Origin: Dehalococcoidia bacterium | Lineage (GTDB): Bacteria; Chloroflexota; Dehalococcoidia; Lucifugimonadales; JAGWBF01 | Direction: 5' to 3' | DNA: 64,000 bases | Assembly: GCA_965219565.1 (NCBI GenBank) | Contig: OZ244780.1 | Coordinates: 1,787,672-1,851,671 of the forward strand | In this document: one piece after another, positions 36,229 to 45,637 of the stretch | Position numbering within the stretch: position 1 is the first letter of the stretch | Layout of the letters: each line of letters starts with the position of its first letter | Position numbers and translations under genes: made by a program | Notes under the pieces: model-generated | Told to the model about the DNA's origin: nothing | What the model saw: the letters and a program-made list of their open reading frames with translations, nothing else | Database searches by the model: none

Positions 36229-36825
36229 CTACAACTGCGCGGACATCTGGCGCAGCGCCAGACGGATTTTCTCCTCCACGGACGTATCTGGGGTTGCGTC
36301 GATGGACTCGGCGGCCCTTCGGGACTCGGAGGCGGAATATCCCAGCGCCATGAGGGCCGTGGCCACCTCTTCCCGGTCCGCCGCGCTGCCCGTGGGGGTC
36401 TCGCCGTCGGGGATTATGCCCAAATCGGAGAACTTTCCCTTCAGGTCCAGGACCAAACGGCCGGCACTGCGTTTGCCGACGCCTGGGGCCTGGCTCAGGG
36501 CTGCAATGTCTTCGGACACCACCGCCGCCACCAGGGCGCGGGGCCCCATGGACGACAGCAACGCCAGGGCCGTGCGCGGCCCGATGCCGGAAACGTTGTT
36601 GAGCATCTGGAAGATGTTAAGCGATTCCGGGTTGGGAAAGCCGTAGAGAATGGGTTCGTCGTCGCGGACGTAGAGGCGTGTGTGCAGGAACACCTGCTCG
36701 GAGATGCCGCCTAATGAGCCTATTGTAGAAGGAGGGACGTAAATCTGGAGGCTGACGCCGCCTATTCCAACCTGCACCCAATCCGGCCCTCTGGCCTCCA
36801 GGGTCCCCCTCACTCCAGTTATCAC
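36229..36825 (-). CDS. ruvA: Holliday junction branch migration complex subunit RuvA
   Basis: The N-terminus MITGVRGTL (GTG start) and HhH motifs (GIGPRTA, GVGKRSA) identify RuvA. Confidence 0.92.
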   Translation of the reverse strand: MITGVRGTLEARGPDWVQVGIGGVSLQIYVPPSTIGSLGGISEQVFLHTRLYVRDDEPILYGFPNPESLNIFQMLNNVSGIGPRTALALLSSMGPRALVAAVVSEDIAALSQAPGVGKRSAGRLVLDLKGKFSDLGIIPDGETPTGSAADREEVATALMALGYSASESRRAAESIDATPDTSVEEKIRLALRQMSAQL

Positions 36826-36832
36826 GTATGCC

Positions 36833-37351
36833 TCAGCGAATCTCTCGACTCATAACTTCGTCGGCCTCTCGCCGTCTCAGGTGGCAGAGGGCAATGGCCA
36901 GAGCGTCGGCGGCATCCGACGGCTCAGGTTCTGACTCCAGGCCCAGAAGCATCCGGACCATGTTTTGCACCTGCTCCTTGGTGGCCCTGCCGTGGTCGGC
37001 CACGGCCACCTTCACTTGGGACGGGGAGTATCGGAATATGGGCACCGCCTGGCCAGCCGCGGCTATGAGCGCCACGGCCTGGGCTTGCCCCACGGCCAGC
37101 GCGGGCCCCGAAAACTGGTTCTCACCGCGCCCCACGAAGGGCTCCTCCACTGCCATGGCGTCGGGCTGGAAGATGCCTATCATGTTTACCACGTGGGTGA
37201 ACAGTTGGTACAAACGGTCCTCGATGGGAATGGAGGACTTCAGCGCCACTACTCCGTAGTCCACCGCGTCGGCCACGTTCTGGGAATGGTGGGAGTCCAA
37301 CAGAGCGTACCCCATGCGCACAGTGCCTGGGTCGATGCCCAACACTCGCAT
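36833..37351 (-). CDS. ruvC: Crossover junction endodeoxyribonuclease RuvC
   Basis: MRVLGIDPG... RuvC-like. 172 aa. No ruvB follows; uvrB sits in that position instead. Confidence 0.92.
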   Translation of the reverse strand: MRVLGIDPGTVRMGYALLDSHHSQNVADAVDYGVVALKSSIPIEDRLYQLFTHVVNMIGIFQPDAMAVEEPFVGRGENQFSGPALAVGQAQAVALIAAAGQAVPIFRYSPSQVKVAVADHGRATKEQVQNMVRMLLGLESEPEPSDAADALAIALCHLRRREADEVMSREIR

Positions 37352-37366
37352 GGCGGAACCTAGTCC

Positions 37367-38128
37367 TTAGCCCTCATCCCGGTACTTTTCCAGGGCCTCG
37401 TCAGGAAAGTCGGCGTTGCTGTAGACCCGCTGCACATCGGACAACTCTTCCAGGTCGTCCAGCAGGCGGAGGGTCTGGGCTGCCTCCTTGTCGCTCAACG
37501 ACACCGTGGACCTGGGCATCATGGAGATTTCTGCGGAAGGGGTCTCCACTTCGTGCCTGTTCAGCACGTCACGGATGGACTCGAGGGTTTCGGGCTGGGT
37601 GTGTATCTCAACGTAGCCGCCTTCCACCTTAACGTCGTCCGCTGCGGCGTCTATTGCTACTAGAGCGATCTCTTCAGCCGTCTCGGTGTCCACGTCCAGG
37701 GTGATTATTCCCTTGGACTCGAAGTTCCAGGAGACGCATCCGGCCTCCCCAAGGTTTCCGCCTGCCTTAGCGAACACAGAACGCACTTCGGCCGCGGTCC
37801 TGTTGCGGTTGGTGGTGAGGGCTTGGAGCATTATCGCGGCGCCGCCGGGGCCGTAGCCCTCGTAACGGATGTCCTCCAGTTGTTCAGCCCCCTCGCCGGA
37901 GCCTGCTGCCCTATTTATCGCCCGCTCAATGGTGTCCATGGGCATGTTGGAGCCTTTGGCCTTGTCAATGGCCAGTCTGAGCTTGAAGTTCATGGTCGGG
38001 TCGGGGCCTCCGCCCTGCTGGACCGCTATGGCGATGTCGCGGCTGAGCTTGGTGAAGAGCTGGCCGCGCTTTGCGTCGGCAGCTCCTTTGGCCCTCTTGA
38101 TAGTCGACCACTTTGAGTGACCGGACAT
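37367..38128 (-). CDS. yebC: YebC/PmpR family DNA-binding regulator
   Basis: MSGHSKWSTIKRAKGAADAKRG is the hallmark N-terminus. GAGGAGG RBS. Confidence 0.92.
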   Translation of the reverse strand: MSGHSKWSTIKRAKGAADAKRGQLFTKLSRDIAIAVQQGGGPDPTMNFKLRLAIDKAKGSNMPMDTIERAINRAAGSGEGAEQLEDIRYEGYGPGGAAIMLQALTTNRNRTAAEVRSVFAKAGGNLGEAGCVSWNFESKGIITLDVDTETAEEIALVAIDAAADDVKVEGGYVEIHTQPETLESIRDVLNRHEVETPSAEISMMPRSTVSLSDKEAAQTLRLLDDLEELSDVQRVYSNADFPDEALEKYRDEG

Positions 38129-38284
38129 GTGTACCTCCTCGTATTTAACCGAGGCCAGGCAATGTTGTTAGGGGGATTTTATCACCGGCTTTCAGCCAGG
38201 GTAAAGGCGGCGGCGCCTGAAGCGTCTTATTTTTCAACATTTTCGCCCCATGATACAATTCAGACTGCCCTATCGCCTCTTCTT

Positions 38285-38941
38285 ATGAACGTTAGAATAC
38301 GGCCGTTGACGCCTCAGGACATCAAGCAGGTGTCCCTCATTGAGCGGGAGGCTTTTCCAACCCTTTGGCCTCCGACCAGGCTCCGGAATGAGCTGGACAA
38401 CAAGGCCGCACGCTATCTGGTGGCCTATGAGCCAGGACCTCTAGCAGAATCCGCCGCCGCCGCAACTCCTACCTTGAGGTTCGGTCTGTTACAGAGGGCA
38501 TGGGAGTTCATCAAGGACATCACCCTGGGCGCCGACCCAGACGACTCCACCAATGACACCATTCTGGGGTTTGTGGGTATAAGGCTCATCGTTGATGAGG
38601 CCCACATTACGGGCATTGCCGTTTCCGAGTCTCACAGAGGTCAGTCTCTAGGCGAGCTTCTTATCGTGGGTTCGATAGACCTGGCGCTGATGGAGAAGTC
38701 CTCCGTTGTCACGTTGGAAGCGCGGGTCTCCAACAATGTGGCCCAGTCCCTCTATGAGAAATACGGCTTCCAGCGGATGGGAGTGAGGAAGCGGTACTAC
38801 TCCGACAACGGAGAAGACGCCGTAATCATGACGACCCGCCTGATACACAGCTCCGAGTACCAGCAGATATTCAAGGGGCTTAAAGCGGCCTTGGAGGAGC
38901 GAAAGGGCGAAATCCGCATCCAACTGCCGCTGTCCGCCTGA
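38285..38941 (+). CDS. rimI: Ribosomal-protein-alanine N-acetyltransferase-like GNAT (with about 44-aa internal insertion and C-terminal extension)
   Basis: IRPLTPQDIKQVSLIEREAFP and the acetyl-CoA motif HRGQSLG. ATG 38285 was preferred because the first 56 ORF-track codons overlap the yebC start region. Confidence 0.8.
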   Translation: MNVRIRPLTPQDIKQVSLIEREAFPTLWPPTRLRNELDNKAARYLVAYEPGPLAESAAAATPTLRFGLLQRAWEFIKDITLGADPDDSTNDTILGFVGIRLIVDEAHITGIAVSESHRGQSLGELLIVGSIDLALMEKSSVVTLEARVSNNVAQSLYEKYGFQRMGVRKRYYSDNGEDAVIMTTRLIHSSEYQQIFKGLKAALEERKGEIRIQLPLSA

Positions 38942-38971
38942 TGACTGCCAATACCCCTGGAGTCCAAGCAA

Positions 38972-39370
38972 TCATCCATTGAGCTTGGGGCGGAGTGCTC
39001 CAATCGCGAAATGCTCGGCCCATTTGATGTCCATGTTAAGTTCGGCGCTGGTCATGTAACGTATTACGACGTTGTCCTTAATCCAGTCCCTACTCTCACT
39101 TTTGTCGCGATAGTACCCCTTCTTCACAAGTGTTTCCGCAAGGTCAGACGAAGTAGTGCCGGCCCAATGGTCTTTCATCCGGCTTCTAATTCCTTTACGG
39201 CTCTGACCAATATACAGTGCTTCCTCCACACGGTTTGAGAATACATAGATTCCACTTTCGTCAGGGACCTCATACATCGTCCCGCCACTGAATCGAATCT
39301 GAGGCTTTTCCAACAGACCTTTCACCATACTGTGTCCTTCTTCGATGTTCGCGCCTAGGTTGTTTGCCAT
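38972..39370 (-). CDS. Stand-alone GIY-YIG domain nuclease-like protein
   Basis: GIYVFSNRVEEALYIGQS...R...H motif series. AGGAGG RBS. Locally lower GC than the flanks. Confidence 0.75.
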   Translation of the reverse strand: MANNLGANIEEGHSMVKGLLEKPQIRFSGGTMYEVPDESGIYVFSNRVEEALYIGQSRKGIRSRMKDHWAGTTSSDLAETLVKKGYYRDKSESRDWIKDNVVIRYMTSAELNMDIKWAEHFAIGALRPKLNG

Positions 39371-39526
39371 TGCAGTCCTCCTAATTTTTTATATGCCGTT
39401 CATTCTTCCATTATGGGTCTGTATTTCGTTGCGGTAAATTGCTTTACCTCCCCTACACTATCCCTACACTCCCCCTTTGGCTTCTGCTCAGTCGGTTTTC
39501 AGGTAAAGAGGCAAGAAGGGCAATAG

Positions 39527-39555
39527 TTGACCCGCCCTTGGGGCATTGGTAGAAT
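39527..39555 (+). promoter_or_regulatory. Promoter candidate for the coaE-led operon
   Basis: TTGACC-N17-TAGAAT, about 60 nt upstream of ATG 39616. Confidence 0.4.
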
Positions 39556-39615
39556 ACCGCCATGCTTTGGCCACGCCCGAAGCTGCCTGCATGGCATCTC
39601 CGTTAAGGTTCATTG

Positions 39616-40227
39616 ATGCTCGTAATCGGCCTCACCGGCGGCATAGGGACAGGTAAGAGTCTGGTCGCACACATGCTTGGAGAGCTTGGGGCAGAGATTA
39701 TAGACGCAGACCGCATTGGCCACGAGGCCTATACGCCCCACACTCCAGTCTGGAAAGAAGTGGTGGAGGCCTTTGGCGAGGACATCCTCCAGACGAGCGG
39801 TGAGATCGACCGCAAACGGCTGGGTTCCATTGTGTTCAGTGACCCTAAGGAGTTGGCAAGGCTGAACTCCATCATGCACCCCCGCATGGCGGAGATGATT
39901 CACAAGCGGGTCATAGAGTTGGAAGGCCAGGGCGCCGATACAGTGGTCGTCGAGGCGGCTGTTTTGGTGGAAGCCGGGTGGGACAAGTTGCCCTGGGTCG
40001 ATGAGGTGTGGGTTACCAGGTCCGACGAGGAGCAGGTTGTACAGCGGATCAAGGAACGCAACAACCTTCCCGACGAAGAGATAAGGAAACGGATCGGGTC
40101 CCAACTCCCATTCGAGGAGAGGTCTCGAAACGCGCAGGTCGTGGTCGACAATTCGGGGGCTATAGACGGTCTGAAGAAGTCCGTCGAGTCCATCTGGGAA
40201 AGCAGAGTGAAAGGTAAGGTCTCATAG
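39616..40227 (+). CDS. coaE: Dephospho-CoA kinase
   Basis: [16 protein letters not shown]-loop N-terminus. ATG 39616 lies one codon inside ORF-track start 39613. Confidence 0.9.
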   Translation: MLVIGLTGGIGTGKSLVAHMLGELGAEIIDADRIGHEAYTPHTPVWKEVVEAFGEDILQTSGEIDRKRLGSIVFSDPKELARLNSIMHPRMAEMIHKRVIELEGQGADTVVVEAAVLVEAGWDKLPWVDEVWVTRSDEEQVVQRIKERNNLPDEEIRKRIGSQLPFEERSRNAQVVVDNSGAIDGLKKSVESIWESRVKGKVS

Positions 40228-40229
40228 GT

Positions 40230-41132
40230 ATGGCACAAGCCGCCCAGGATACATACTTGGAAGTTGACATTGAGGAGTACGTCATAGCGTACGAGCCTTA
40301 TTTCGCTCCCGTCGGCGATGAAATAGAGCTGTTCGAAGCCGCTTACCACCAGCAGCTGCCGGTGCTGCTGAAAGGGCCGACAGGCTGCGGAAAGACCCGG
40401 TTCATCGAATATATGTCCTGGCGTCTCGGTCGCCCGCTCACTGTGGTGAAGAAGAAGGGCAAGTCCGCACAGCCTCAGGCACAGGTCAACGGCAGGAAGG
40501 TCCCCCTTATAACAATTGCCTGTCACGAGGACTTGACCGCCAGCGACCTCGTTGGACGTTACCTGCTAGAGCCGGACGGCACCCGCTGGATGGACGGCCC
40601 GCTGACCAAGGCGGTCAAGGCTGGAGCCATCTGCTACCTCGACGAAATCGTAGAGGCGCGGAAGGATACAACCGTGCTTATACACCCCCTCACAGACCAC
40701 CGGCGCGCGCTGCCCGTGGACAAGAAGGGGCAAATCATAGAGGCGCACAACCAGTTCCTGCTGGTCATCTCCTACAACCCGGGATACCAGAGCGCTCTGA
40801 AGGACCTGAAGCACTCGACCCGGCAGAGGTTCGTGGCAATCGAGTTCGACTACCCGCCCAAGGAGATTGAGCGGGAGGTGATTCAGAAGGAGAGCGGATG
40901 CTCTCTGGAGCACGCGGAGGCCCTCGCCAAGCTGGGCGAGAAAGTCCGGAACCTGAAAGACCACGGACTTCAAGAGGGGGCCAGCACCAGGCTGCTCATA
41001 TACGCCGGCAAGCTGATGGCCCAGGGAATCGCACCCAGGCGCGCCTGCCAGGTATCGGTCGTGTGGGCCCTCACGGACGACCAGGAAATACAGAAGAGTG
41101 TAGAAGAAGTGGCGTCCTCCATATTCGAGTAG
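40230..41132 (+). CDS. CbbQ/NirQ/NorQ-family MoxR-type AAA+ ATPase
   Basis: The product carries [32 protein letters not shown] (Walker A). It also has [27 protein letters not shown] (Walker B) and [24 protein letters not shown]. The ATG lies 2 nt after the coaE stop. Confidence 0.9.
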   Translation: MAQAAQDTYLEVDIEEYVIAYEPYFAPVGDEIELFEAAYHQQLPVLLKGPTGCGKTRFIEYMSWRLGRPLTVVKKKGKSAQPQAQVNGRKVPLITIACHEDLTASDLVGRYLLEPDGTRWMDGPLTKAVKAGAICYLDEIVEARKDTTVLIHPLTDHRRALPVDKKGQIIEAHNQFLLVISYNPGYQSALKDLKHSTRQRFVAIEFDYPPKEIEREVIQKESGCSLEHAEALAKLGEKVRNLKDHGLQEGASTRLLIYAGKLMAQGIAPRRACQVSVVWALTDDQEIQKSVEEVASSIFE

Positions 41133-41162
41133 ACGCCGCCGACATGGACAGGTAAGACCCCG

Positions 41163-41774
41163 GTGTCAATCGAAACTTACGACAGATCATCGAAGATTTT
41201 TCAAGCGCTTCGTCTCTCCCTGTCCGCCCGCGAAAAAGCCTCCGTCCCCTCCGACGGACTCAGACCCGCCGCTGTTCTGATTCTCCTGTACAACAAATCG
41301 GGAGAACCCCACATACTGCTGAACAAACGATCTCAGCAGGTGGAACACCACAAGGGGGAGATTTCTTTCCCAGGCGGCGGCCGGGACGCGGAGGACGTTG
41401 ACTTCCTGGCCACTGCTTTGAGGGAAACCTACGAAGAGATGGGGGTCGAACCCAAGGACGTCACAATCATCGGAGAGCTGGACGACGTTGTAACCAGGTC
41501 GGATTTCTGTGTGCGGGTGTATGTCGGGACGATACCCTATCCCTACCCGTTCAAACCCTATGCACGGGAAGTCGCCGAGGTCCTGGAAGTCCCCATGAAC
41601 GTCCTGCTGGACCGGGCCAACTGGAGGGAAGAGGCCCGCTTGACGGACTGGGCATTGCAAAAGTCATACAGCTACGCGTATAAAGAGCATCTGGTCTACG
41701 GCGCTACCGCAATGATGGTCAGACAGCTGATCGACGTATATTCGAGCCTGGAGACGGTCCGGAGAGGAAGTTGA
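41163..41774 (+). CDS. NUDIX hydrolase, CoA pyrophosphatase-like
   Basis: Contains LLNKRSQQVEHHKGEISFPGGG (CoA-type upstream motif) and the Nudix box GGGRDAEDVDFLATALRETYEEMGV. Confidence 0.85.
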   Translation: MSIETYDRSSKIFQALRLSLSAREKASVPSDGLRPAAVLILLYNKSGEPHILLNKRSQQVEHHKGEISFPGGGRDAEDVDFLATALRETYEEMGVEPKDVTIIGELDDVVTRSDFCVRVYVGTIPYPYPFKPYAREVAEVLEVPMNVLLDRANWREEARLTDWALQKSYSYAYKEHLVYGATAMMVRQLIDVYSSLETVRRGS

Positions 41775-41775
41775 C

Positions 41776-44700
41776 TTGTCGGAGTCCAATGCAAAACCAA
41801 CCTTGAGTCAGTTGGAACGGGAGCTTGGTAAGCTTCCCTCTGTAGTGCTCCAGGAGTATGAGGCCGCCAAAGAGAAGGTTTCCGCAGCTTTCAACGAGGA
41901 CGAGCTCTTTTTGTGGAGTAAAGAAGGGCTGTCCATAGCCAACCAGACCGTCAGGTCGTGGGAGGTGGCGGCGGAATACTTCAAGTCGGCGCCCGACGTT
42001 GCCGCGTACCTGCCCTTCTCGTCCTTTATGCAGTGGGCGCGGTGCGGCTCCTATCTCGCTCAGGACTCGCCCACACTAGCCGTCGCCTTCTTCAAGGCCA
42101 GCCCGGACATCGTTCCCGCCCTCAGGCCCCAGCACATACCCCGTTGGGCGGGACTGGGACGCAGCCTATACAAAGGCACCTGGAAGTCGTCGACCTTGGC
42201 CGGACGCTTTTACGAGATCAGCCCACACCTTATCAAGAGTCTGCCCTTCTGGGAAGTGGAGGTGTTCGCCGCCTTGGTGGAGGCCGTGTCCCTCAAGTCG
42301 TACGACATGGCGTCGGAATGCCTGACCCTGGGCCAGGACATACTCCCCCAAATGGGCAGGGAACGTGAAACGTTCCTATCCATGGCCAGAGAGCTGACAG
42401 AGGCCAACTGGCGGGAGGTAAAAGCCACCTTAGAGACGTGCGGCAGGGCGCTTCCGGGCATAGACAGCGCCCAGAAGAGCCGCTTCCTACGACTGACTGA
42501 ACGGCTGGTGAAGTCGGGCCAGAAAGACGTCCCGACCTTTCTGTCCGACGGCGCAAGGGCCCTGCAGCAGGTCAACAGTTCCTCCCAGCGTTACATAATC
42601 GACCTGGCCGAGACTCTGATGGGCGTGTCGCCTCAGGCCGTCGCGCCGTTCCTCGCCAACCTGGATATGGTGTTGACCCGTGTGACCTTGAACCAGCTGG
42701 AAATCTGGTTCCAGCGGGGCATGGCCGTGCTCAAGGAAAACCCCGACGGAGGGATAGCCTACTTCAAAGTGGAATCCAGCACGTCAGAGAACCTGCTGGA
42801 ATCGCTGTCCTCCTCGATGGAATTGGAGAAGGTAAAGCCCGTCATCAGGCTGTACTGCTGCGCCCTGTCGGGTTCGTCCATCGAGGTGCAGAACAGCAAG
42901 GAGCTGGCTAACAAGAGTATCGGATGGGTTTCCGAGTCGGCGGCCACCACCGAGGGGACCAAAGTGTTCCTGCCCCCCGTCGTCGACAGGTATTCGACCA
43001 AGGACAACAACTTCGGATGGTTCAAGGTGGTCTCCACTCACCAGGTGGCTCACCTGGAGTTCGGCAGCTTCCTGTTCGAATATGACCGTCCTTCCGCCCT
43101 GTTCGACGACCGCCGTCCCGGCGAGGAGGACAGAAGAGAGGCGGCATTGACGGCAGCCAATGCTGCCGCCCCGCCGATAGACCCAGTGTCCTCAGCCTTT
43201 GCCCAGCTTCAGGAAGACCTGGGTGAATCATCCAGCGCCGAGCGGGGATATCTAACGGACATGGGCCGGTTCTTCCACCTCTTCGACGACCGGAGGCTGG
43301 CTCTGGACGTCTTCACAATCCTGGAAGACGGCCGCTTGGACTTTCGGGTCAAGGTGGAGTACCCGGGCATAGTGAAACACTACCGGACCGTCCAGCTGGA
43401 CTCCCGAGAGGAGAGGCCCCCCATAGACGAACTGCCCCTGTTGCAGGGCATGGTAGAGATTCTCGTCCGGTTCAGCCTTGATCAGTTCCGCGGACTCCCC
43501 GTGCCCCAGGGCTACGAGAAAACGGCGCGCGTGTTGTCCAAGCTGTTCAGGAGGCTGCTGAACGTCACGGCCACCGTTGAAGACACGGGGGAGGCGACGC
43601 TCCGGGTCTACGACATCCTGTCCAAGCTTCCCAATGAGGAAGTGCCCCCTGAGGACTACTCGCCCCAGGACCTGGACGGCCCTGAGGAGTATTCCGAAGA
43701 GGAGATGCTGGAGCTGATGCAGGAGCTCCAGTCGGGCCAGCCCACGCCCCAAAGCGGCGAGGAGGAAGAGCAGAACTATGAGTCACCCCAGGAAGTGGAA
43801 TACCGGGGAGACTTCAAACCGGAGCTTGTCCAACTCCTCAACAAGCTGCGAGTCGATAAGTCCCAACAGGGGGACGGCCAGACTGAGCCAATAACCCAGG
43901 AGATGCTGGAAGAGCTTCTCAAAGACAACCCGGAACTTGAAATGAGCGCCGAACAGGGCCAGATTCAGACAACGATGGGACTTTTCGTTCAAAACCTCAT
44001 GAAGGAGGCCGGAGTGCCGCCGCCCGCAGACCCCGGCCAAGGTCAGGGCCAGTTCGTCCACGAGCAGGAGCAGGGAGGGCCGTTGGAGGCCAAGGAGCCC
44101 CGTTCCCAGGTCTACGACGAATGGGACTTCAGAGCCGACGACTACAAGCCCAAGTGGTGCATCGTGCGGGAGAAGGAAGTCGAGGAGGGAGACATAGGCT
44201 TCTTCAACGACACCATCCGCAACTACTCCTCACTGTCGTCTGACATCCGGCGCCAGTTCGAGATGGTCATGCCCGAAAGTTTCCGCAAGGAGCGGCGGGT
44301 CATCGACGGCGAGGACTTGGACCTGGATGCTGTCATCGAGGCCCAGGTGGACCGCCGGAGCGGCATCACTCCCAACGACAAGGTGTGGTGGCGCCGTAAC
44401 AAGATGGAGCGGGACGTGGCAGTGGTATTCCTGCTGGATATGAGCGCTTCCACGGCTGAGGCCATCGACGAGGGCAGGGCGGGTCCAGACGACCACGATG
44501 CCCCCGACGACCCGGTGGAGTACATGATGTGGCTCCGGTCGCGCCGCGAGGGCCTGGTGCGCAGGCAATACAAGCGAATCATCGACTTGGAAAAGGAGAG
44601 CACGGCCCTGCTTCTCCAGGCCTTGGAGACCATAGGCGACACATACGGCATCTACGGCTTCTCCGGGTACGGCAGGGAGAACGTGGAATACTACGTCATC

Positions 44701-45099
44701 AAGGACATCGACGAGATTCTCCACGACCGGGTGAAGAGGCGCATCGACAAAATCACGCCCATGCACGCCACTCGCATGGGCCCCGCTATACGCCACGCCA
44801 CTGCCAAGCTGGACGCCCAGGACGCCAAGACCAAGATTCTCTTCCTCATCAGCGACGGAAGGCCCCAGGACAGGGGCTACAGCCGCGAGGGCGTAGAGAA
44901 GGAATATGCCGTCCATGACACCCACATGGCCCTTGTGGAAGCCAAGCGAAAGGCGGTGGTCCCCTTCTGCCTGACGGTGGACAAGTCGGGCCACGACTAC
45001 CTGAAGACCATGTGCGGCGACATGAGCTATGAGGTTTTGGACAACATCTGGTCCCTGCCCCAAAGGCTCCCCCAGCTATACCGCATGCTCACGACGTAG
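41776..45099 (+). CDS. Giant NorD/CbbO-like protein with C-terminal von Willebrand factor A domain
   Basis: TTG start 1 nt after the NUDIX stop. The C-terminal module has YDEWDFRADDYKPKWC, the MIDAS motif VVFLLDMSAST, GFSGYGRENV, ATRMGPAIRHA and LISDGRPQD. About 700 aa of helical N-region plus an acidic/Gln-rich linker. Confidence 0.85.
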   Translation: MSESNAKPTLSQLERELGKLPSVVLQEYEAAKEKVSAAFNEDELFLWSKEGLSIANQTVRSWEVAAEYFKSAPDVAAYLPFSSFMQWARCGSYLAQDSPTLAVAFFKASPDIVPALRPQHIPRWAGLGRSLYKGTWKSSTLAGRFYEISPHLIKSLPFWEVEVFAALVEAVSLKSYDMASECLTLGQDILPQMGRERETFLSMARELTEANWREVKATLETCGRALPGIDSAQKSRFLRLTERLVKSGQKDVPTFLSDGARALQQVNSSSQRYIIDLAETLMGVSPQAVAPFLANLDMVLTRVTLNQLEIWFQRGMAVLKENPDGGIAYFKVESSTSENLLESLSSSMELEKVKPVIRLYCCALSGSSIEVQNSKELANKSIGWVSESAATTEGTKVFLPPVVDRYSTKDNNFGWFKVVSTHQVAHLEFGSFLFEYDRPSALFDDRRPGEEDRREAALTAANAAAPPIDPVSSAFAQLQEDLGESSSAERGYLTDMGRFFHLFDDRRLALDVFTILEDGRLDFRVKVEYPGIVKHYRTVQLDSREERPPIDELPLLQGMVEILVRFSLDQFRGLPVPQGYEKTARVLSKLFRRLLNVTATVEDTGEATLRVYDILSKLPNEEVPPEDYSPQDLDGPEEYSEEEMLELMQELQSGQPTPQSGEEEEQNYESPQEVEYRGDFKPELVQLLNKLRVDKSQQGDGQTEPITQEMLEELLKDNPELEMSAEQGQIQTTMGLFVQNLMKEAGVPPPADPGQGQGQFVHEQEQGGPLEAKEPRSQVYDEWDFRADDYKPKWCIVREKEVEEGDIGFFNDTIRNYSSLSSDIRRQFEMVMPESFRKERRVIDGEDLDLDAVIEAQVDRRSGITPNDKVWWRRNKMERDVAVVFLLDMSASTAEAIDEGRAGPDDHDAPDDPVEYMMWLRSRREGLVRRQYKRIIDLEKESTALLLQALETIGDTYGIYGFSGYGRENVEYYVIKDIDEILHDRVKRRIDKITPMHATRMGPAIRHATAKLDAQDAKTKILFLISDGRPQDRGYSREGVEKEYAVHDTHMALVEAKRKAVVPFCLTVDKSGHDYLKTMCGDMSYEVLDNIWSLPQRLPQLYRMLTT

Positions 45100-45141
45100 T
45101 GGAGGCGGATGCGCAAAAATTGGTCTTCAGGCAGGTGTGAC

Positions 45142-45387
45142 ATGCAGACCTATGTTTTTCGAGTCGTGGTAGAGCCGGATGAAGACCGTTGGCAGGCCCA
45201 TTGCCCAGCCCTGGCGAAATATGCGGCTGACACTTGGGGATATACGAAAGAGGAAGCCCTCAAGAACATAAAGGAAGTCATCGAGATGGTCTTGGAGGAG
45301 ATGTCGGAAGAGAATGAGCCGATCCCCCAGGAACCAGAAGACGGAACGCCTATCTCTCCTGAACTTCGGATAGCCGTGTCTGTCTGA
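45142..45387 (+). CDS. hicB: HicB-family antitoxin (short form, no obvious DNA-binding domain)
   Basis: YVFRVVVEPDEDRWQAHCPALAKYAADTWGYTKEEALKNIKEVIEM. ATG 45142 was chosen. Confidence 0.8.
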   Translation: MQTYVFRVVVEPDEDRWQAHCPALAKYAADTWGYTKEEALKNIKEVIEMVLEEMSEENEPIPQEPEDGTPISPELRIAVSV

Positions 45388-45388
45388 T

Positions 45389-45637
45389 TTGAACATCGAC
45401 TGGAGCAGATTACGCACCATAACTGCCCGTGAACTTGTCAGCGCACTTCTTAGGGATGGTTTCGAGTTCCGTAGGCAAAAAGGCAGCCACCAACACTATC
45501 GACATCCCGACGGAAGAAGGGTCACCGTAGCGTTTCACAGTCCGGGAGACACCTTCGCTATCGGCATCCTCAGAACGATGATTCAAGATCGTGCCAAGTG
45601 GACTGTGGCTGATGTGATCCGGTTGGGCCTGTATTAG
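45389..45637 (+). CDS. hicA: HicA-family mRNA interferase toxin
   Basis: ELVSALLRDGFEFRRQKGSHQHYRHPDGRRVTVAFHS. TTG start 1 nt after the hicB stop. Confidence 0.85.
   Translation: MNIDWSRLRTITARELVSALLRDGFEFRRQKGSHQHYRHPDGRRVTVAFHSPGDTFAIGILRTMIQDRAKWTVADVIRLGLY

Noticed and set aside
44230-45063. 277-aa minus-strand ORF antisense to the VWA domain region
   Set aside because: It is a shadow ORF, since the + strand encodes the MIDAS/VWA motifs.
40230-45099. Interpreting the CbbQ/CbbO-like pair as evidence for a Calvin-cycle (Rubisco activase) or denitrification locus
   Set aside because: No cbbL/M, prk, norB/C or nir genes occur in the window. The family assignment alone does not identify the client.
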